Positions 59,432 to 64,000 of a stretch of 64,000 nt of DNA are shown here, in pieces. The notes beneath the pieces were generated by a model, which saw only the letters and a list, made by a program, of their open reading frames with translations, did no database searches and was not told the origin of the DNA. Source of the DNA: Candidatus Limnocylindrus sp. GTDB taxonomy: Bacteria > Chloroflexota > Limnocylindria > Limnocylindrales > Limnocylindraceae. Made by a program: the position numbers and the translations under genes. The stretch's first letter is position 1. Every line of letters starts with the position of its first letter. The stretch is taken from the NCBI GenBank assembly GCA_040397175.1, contig JBBAWM010000001.1, positions 121,976 to 185,975 on the forward strand, written 5' to 3'.

Positions 59432-60286
59432 TTGAGCGCCGTCGCACCCTTCTCCTGTTCGTGGTGCGGACTTCCCGTTTCTGCAACAACGCTCGAAGAC
59501 CTCTCCGCATGGACCCTGCTCTGTGCCGCCTGTCTTGAGCGTGCACCCGGCCAACCGTATCTGCGCGCAAAACTAAAAGAGGGGCTGCGTCGCCGCGCCG
59601 AAGGTGGGCAGCCACCCGTCGGCATTCCGCTTGCGCCAACGCCAGCCACGCCCGCGACCGCTGGCGCGCCTGAAGCTGGCGAGAGCGGTGTGCCAGCGCG
59701 GCTCGGCCTCCTCCCACCGCCACAACATCCAGACGAACTGGAGGCGTGGTACCTGAATCGCGCGCCGTACGATCGTGGACCACTCGGCGGCGCAACCTGG
59801 CAAGGTGAACTTGACCGCGCCGTACTCTGGCTTGACGCACTTCCATATGAAGGTCGCATCGTGGAGCTGGGTGCCGGAATCGGATTCTGGACCGTGCTGC
59901 TCGCGTCACGCGGTGAGACGAGCGCTTACGACGCGCGCGAAGATCGCCTGGAGCGCGCACGCCGCCGACTCATTGCGCACGGTCTCACCGCACATCTGCA
60001 CCCACGCGCACTCGACGCTGGCCCCGAAGGGGCGCCCGCCGGGCTCGTTGTGATGCCATTTGTGTTGAGCCAACTCGCCGCCGAGCCACGGGCGCGCATG
60101 ATCGACGTGGCCCATGCATGGTTGGCACCAGGTGGGCGGGTTGCCGTGATCGATCTCGCCCCGCCGAACTTTGATCCAGCGACGTTGGAACAGGCGGCGG
60201 GGGAGATGCTCGGGGCTCGATTCGCCGATCGCCGCGCCGAAGTACTCGGGCGGCACCTGGTGCTGATTGAGGCGATCGCGCGCTAG
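59432..60286 (+). CDS. class I SAM-dependent methyltransferase-like protein with N-terminal CxxC..CxxC module
   Basis: CSWC...CAAC; YL.RAP.YD, VELGAGIGFW and LAPGG. TTG start uncertain. Confidence 0.65.
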   Translation: MSAVAPFSCSWCGLPVSATTLEDLSAWTLLCAACLERAPGQPYLRAKLKEGLRRRAEGGQPPVGIPLAPTPATPATAGAPEAGESGVPARLGLLPPPQHPDELEAWYLNRAPYDRGPLGGATWQGELDRAVLWLDALPYEGRIVELGAGIGFWTVLLASRGETSAYDAREDRLERARRRLIAHGLTAHLHPRALDAGPEGAPAGLVVMPFVLSQLAAEPRARMIDVAHAWLAPGGRVAVIDLAPPNFDPATLEQAAGEMLGARFADRRAEVLGRHLVLIEAIAR

Positions 60287-60292
60287 TGCCCC

Positions 60293-60682
60293 TTACGGGT
60301 GCAGCGTGTGCGAGTCGAGGAGTCGATTCAGCAGCTCTGGGAGCGCATCTTTCGTGAGACCCGCGGGACGAATCGGTGTCCCGCTGCCGATAGTGACGCC
60401 GATGATTGGATCGTCACTGTTGGTTCCCGCAGGGATCTCAAGGGCAGCCGCGGCGGCAAGTTCGGCCATCTGGTCGGCCGGAAGGGTGACGCGCTCGGTA
60501 TGCTCGCCGTGTGTCATGACGATGCGGCCATCGGGATAGATGAGCCCCTGCTCCTCCATGCCATTCGACCAGCTACGGGTAACGGTGTAAGCGGGGGTGC
60601 CGGCTGGCTCGGCGGCGCTGCTGCACGCCGCCAGGCTGATAGCGGCAACGAGGGTCAGGAGCAGCACGGCCAATCGCTTCAT
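60293..60682 (-). CDS. hypothetical lipoprotein
   Basis: MKRLAV...LAAC lipobox; TATGAT 6 nt before ATG. Confidence 0.7.
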   Translation of the reverse strand: MKRLAVLLLTLVAAISLAACSSAAEPAGTPAYTVTRSWSNGMEEQGLIYPDGRIVMTHGEHTERVTLPADQMAELAAAAALEIPAGTNSDDPIIGVTIGSGTPIRPAGLTKDALPELLNRLLDSHTLHP

Positions 60683-60723
60683 CGTGCGATCATACCTGCA
60701 GACAACCAAGTAAGGAGGAGAGG

Positions 60724-61380
60724 ATGACAGCACAGCGCGGGGGAGCCGAGGAGCGCCGCTCTCTTGAGGCGCAGCTTGATCGCATGCGTGGCATGCTCTT
60801 CGCCTATTCCAACCTGTTCTTTCGCCACATCACGATCTGGGGGATCGTCTGTGTTGCACTCCTCGCCATCTCAACGCAGCGTGGTGCCGCTCCCGTTGCT
60901 GCACTCGTCCTCTTTGTGGTGCCGTTCGCCTTTCTCGAGGCGGGCTACTACTTCTACTACACTGTATTCGCACGTCGACATGCCGAATTCATCGAGCGCA
61001 CACTTAACGCGCGCACTGGCCGCGAGACACTCGTCGCTCACAAACTTGAGGCCGCCTACTTCTATCCACCAGAGGCGCCGAAACTCGCCCTCCTCAGCTT
61101 TGGTCGCCTGAGCGGCTACACGAGCGCCATGACCATTGGGTACTCCATCGCTGCGCTCCTCCTCTGGGGAGCCGCGGCAAACCTCACCCTGGCCCAGGTT
61201 GTGGCAGGGGGCGTTGCCGGGATCGTGCCGATTGCCGCAGGCGTTTGGACCCTCCTGGTGACCGCCTACCTGCTCTGGCACTTCCTCTCCCGCCGTGACG
61301 AGGAGCGCCTCCTGGCCGCCCTACGGGTCGCCTACCCAGATGCGGTAGTCTCGCGGGGACGCGCCCGGTCAGGGCGCTAG
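60724..61380 (+). CDS. hypothetical membrane protein (4 TM)
   Basis: AGGAGGAG RBS; four hydrophobic helices. Confidence 0.7.
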   Translation: MTAQRGGAEERRSLEAQLDRMRGMLFAYSNLFFRHITIWGIVCVALLAISTQRGAAPVAALVLFVVPFAFLEAGYYFYYTVFARRHAEFIERTLNARTGRETLVAHKLEAAYFYPPEAPKLALLSFGRLSGYTSAMTIGYSIAALLLWGAAANLTLAQVVAGGVAGIVPIAAGVWTLLVTAYLLWHFLSRRDEERLLAALRVAYPDAVVSRGRARSGR

Positions 61381-61410
61381 CCGACCCACGGGCAGAGGAG
61401 TAGAGGCGAC

Positions 61411-63291
61411 GTGACCACCCCCGAATCGGGAGCACAGCACGGCACGGTTACCGAGCTTGATCGCGTCACGATTCGCTTCGCCGGCGACTCTGGCGATGGG
61501 ATGCAGCTGACCGGCTCGCAGTTCACCGCCACCACCGCACTCTTCGGCAACGACGTCTCCACCCTGCCGGATTACCCCGCCGAGATCCGCGCGCCGGCCG
61601 GCTCACTGCCAGGCGTTTCTGGATTCCAGATCAGCTTCTCGAGCGGCGACATTCATACACCGGGCGATCGCCCCGACGTGCTCGTCGCCATGAACCCGGC
61701 GGCCCTCAAGGTAAACCTTGGCGACCTAGTGCCAGGCGGCGCGATCATCGTGAACACCGACGCCTTCAACGACATCAACCTGCGCAAGGCTGGATTCACG
61801 GAAGATCCGCTGAAGAACCAGAGTCTGCAGGGCTACAATCTCTACGAAATTCCAATGTCGACGATGGTTGTCGGCGCGTGTGAAGGGCTGGGCCTTAGCA
61901 GCAAGCAGATTGAACTGACGAAGAACTTCTTCGCCCTCGGCGTGATGTTCTGGCTCTACGAGCGTTCGATGGCCGGCACCGAGAAGTGGATCGCCGAGAA
62001 GTTCGCCGGCAAGGATGCAATCGCCGAGGCAAACCGTCGCGCGCTCCATGCGGGCTACGCCTTTGGCGAGACGACCGAAATCTTCCACACGCACTACCGC
62101 GTCGCTGCGGCGCACCTACCACCAGGCACGTACCGCAACATCACCGGCAACGAGGCGACCGCCCTCGGCTTCGTCATGGCGTCGAAGCTCGCCGAGCGCG
62201 ACCTCTTCTTGGCGAGCTACCCGATCACGCCTGCGTCGGACATCCTGCATCAGCTCTCTTCGTACAAGCACCTCGGCATCAAGACGGTGCAGTCCGAAGA
62301 TGAGATCGCGGCAATCGGCGCGGCGGTTGGCGCGGCGTACGGCGGCGCGATGGGTATGACCACCACCTCGGGGCCAGGCATGGCACTGAAGGCCGAGATG
62401 CTCGGCCTCGCCGTCATGGTTGAGCTGCCGCTCGTCGTCGTTGATGTGCAGCGCGCCGGCCCGTCGACCGGCATGCCAACGAAGACAGAGCAGGGCGACC
62501 TGCTGATGAGCATGTTTGGCCGCAACTCCGATTCGCCGATTCCGGTGATTGCTCCAGCAACGCCGGCCGAGTGCTTCACCATGGCGATCGAGGCGTGGCG
62601 CATCGCGCTGCATCACATGACCCCAGTCGTCTTCTTGAGCGACGCCTTCTTGGCAACGGGCGCAGAGCCTTGGAGCATTCCGAATGTTGCTGATCTTCCT
62701 TCGATCAAGGTCGAGAACGCCCCCGCCTCCGACAAGCCAGGCTTCCGTCCGTATCAGCGCGACCCCGAGACGCTGGCTCGCCCATGGGCGGTCCCAGGAA
62801 CGCCGGGCCTTGAACACCGCATCGGTGGCCTGGAGAAGCTCGACGAGTTGGGCACCGTCAGCTACGACCCCGACAACCATCACCGCATGAACCTGCTGCG
62901 CGCCGAGAAGGTGGCGCGCGTCGCCCGCGACATTCCGCCGACCGAACTCTTCGGCGAGGAAACCGGCGACCTGCTCATCTTGGGCTGGGGCTCCACCTAC
63001 GGTTCGATTCGCTCGGCGGTGGAGCGCCTACAGTCGCGCGGCAAGCGCGTCAGCCACGCCCATCTGCGCTACCTGAATCCGCTGCCAAACGATCTCGGTG
63101 AGATGCTCAAGAACTTCACGCATGTGCTGATGCCCGAGCTCAACGCCGGGCAGCTGCGCATGCTCATTCGCGCCAAGTACCTGGTTGACGCCGTGGGCTT
63201 CAACCTTGTGCGCGGCAAGCCGTTCCAGATCGGTGAGATTGAGGCGAAGGCCGAGTCGATCCTCGGCGAGAGTGTGGAGGCCGCGAAGTGA
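61411..63291 (+). CDS. korA: 2-oxoacid:ferredoxin oxidoreductase subunit alpha
   Basis: AGDSGDGMQLTG, YPITPASD, EDEIAA, TSGPG and QRAGPSTG motifs. Confidence 0.95.
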   Translation: MTTPESGAQHGTVTELDRVTIRFAGDSGDGMQLTGSQFTATTALFGNDVSTLPDYPAEIRAPAGSLPGVSGFQISFSSGDIHTPGDRPDVLVAMNPAALKVNLGDLVPGGAIIVNTDAFNDINLRKAGFTEDPLKNQSLQGYNLYEIPMSTMVVGACEGLGLSSKQIELTKNFFALGVMFWLYERSMAGTEKWIAEKFAGKDAIAEANRRALHAGYAFGETTEIFHTHYRVAAAHLPPGTYRNITGNEATALGFVMASKLAERDLFLASYPITPASDILHQLSSYKHLGIKTVQSEDEIAAIGAAVGAAYGGAMGMTTTSGPGMALKAEMLGLAVMVELPLVVVDVQRAGPSTGMPTKTEQGDLLMSMFGRNSDSPIPVIAPATPAECFTMAIEAWRIALHHMTPVVFLSDAFLATGAEPWSIPNVADLPSIKVENAPASDKPGFRPYQRDPETLARPWAVPGTPGLEHRIGGLEKLDELGTVSYDPDNHHRMNLLRAEKVARVARDIPPTELFGEETGDLLILGWGSTYGSIRSAVERLQSRGKRVSHAHLRYLNPLPNDLGEMLKNFTHVLMPELNAGQLRMLIRAKYLVDAVGFNLVRGKPFQIGEIEAKAESILGESVEAAK

Positions 63292-64000
63292 CCCAGTCTG
63301 AACTCCCGGTGCTGACGAAGAAGGACTTCGAGTCCGACCAGGATGTGCGCTGGTGCCCAGGGTGCGGTGACTACTCGATCCTGGCCCAAACCCAGAAGAC
63401 GATGCCCGACTTTGGCGTTGCCAAGGAGAAGATCGTCTTCATCTCCGGAATTGGCTGCTCGGGTCGCCTCCCGTACTACATGAACACCTATGGCTTCCAC
63501 ACCATCCACGGCCGTGCGGCAACCATTGCTACCGGCCTCAAGGCGGCACGCCCTGACCTGATGGTCTGGGTCATCACTGGCGACGGCGATGCGCTTTCCA
63601 TTGGTGGCAACCACCTCATTCATGCGCTGCGCCGTAACGTCGACATGAAGATGATCATGTTCAACAACCGCATCTACGGCCTCACCAAGGGGCAGGCTTC
63701 GCCAACCTCGCCGATCGGCAAGAAAACGAAGTCAACGCCGCTCGGCACCATCGAGACGCCAATCATTCCGCTCAACCTGGTTGCTGCCGCTGAGGCGAGC
63801 TTCATCGCGCGATCGGTCGACACGCACTCTGAGCACCTGCAAGAGATGATGCATCGCGCCGGCGAGCACTCCGGTGCAGCCTTCCTCGAAGTGCTGCAGA
63901 ACTGCAACATCTTCAACGACGGCGCATGGCGTGACTTCACCGATAAGTCGGTCAAAGAGGATCGCATGCTCGTACTAAAGCACGGCGAGCCGATGATCTA
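63288..64000 (+). CDS. korB: 2-oxoacid:ferredoxin oxidoreductase subunit beta (3'-truncated)
   Basis: GTG at 63288: WCPGCGDY, SGIGCS, HGRA, GDGD..SIGGNH and YGLTKGQ.SPT. Confidence 0.95.
   Translation, partial: MTQSELPVLTKKDFESDQDVRWCPGCGDYSILAQTQKTMPDFGVAKEKIVFISGIGCSGRLPYYMNTYGFHTIHGRAATIATGLKAARPDLMVWVITGDGDALSIGGNHLIHALRRNVDMKMIMFNNRIYGLTKGQASPTSPIGKKTKSTPLGTIETPIIPLNLVAAAEASFIARSVDTHSEHLQEMMHRAGEHSGAAFLEVLQNCNIFNDGAWRDFTDKSVKEDRMLVLKHGEPMI

Overview
GC-rich, densely packed bacterial chromosome segment with about 58 CDS, 5 tRNAs and one TPP riboswitch. I saw no integrase, transposase or CRISPR array. Gene content and compaction suggest a free-living monoderm, possibly Chloroflexota such as Limnocylindria (inference only). 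Main blocks: rph-rdgB; resB-PucR regulator, a SpoIID/LysM wall protein and glnA; a two-component system beside an ApbE flavinylation cluster; an amino-acid ABC transporter with a sarcosine-oxidase-like gene facing two Rieske oxygenases; a TM0106-type nuclease, an S8 protease and a WYL + HD dNTPase pair; a TPP-controlled thiN-ECF operon; and korAB. The best candidate for a poorly described system is the operon at 46587-52939. It couples a GltD/NfnB/DsrL-like NAD(P)H flavo-FeS protein to a b6f-type Rieske/cytochrome b complex, a cytochrome c-cupredoxin fusion and a membrane Kelch propeller. A second module nearby holds a split CtaF-like protein with a near-duplicate cupredoxin, TlpA and CtaG. 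Also notable are pervasive leaderless-type promoters (TANNNT 6-7 nt before start codons), a structured ~195-nt candidate ncRNA after glnA, and a tRNA-Arg(UCG). All assignments come from reading motifs by eye; no searches were run.
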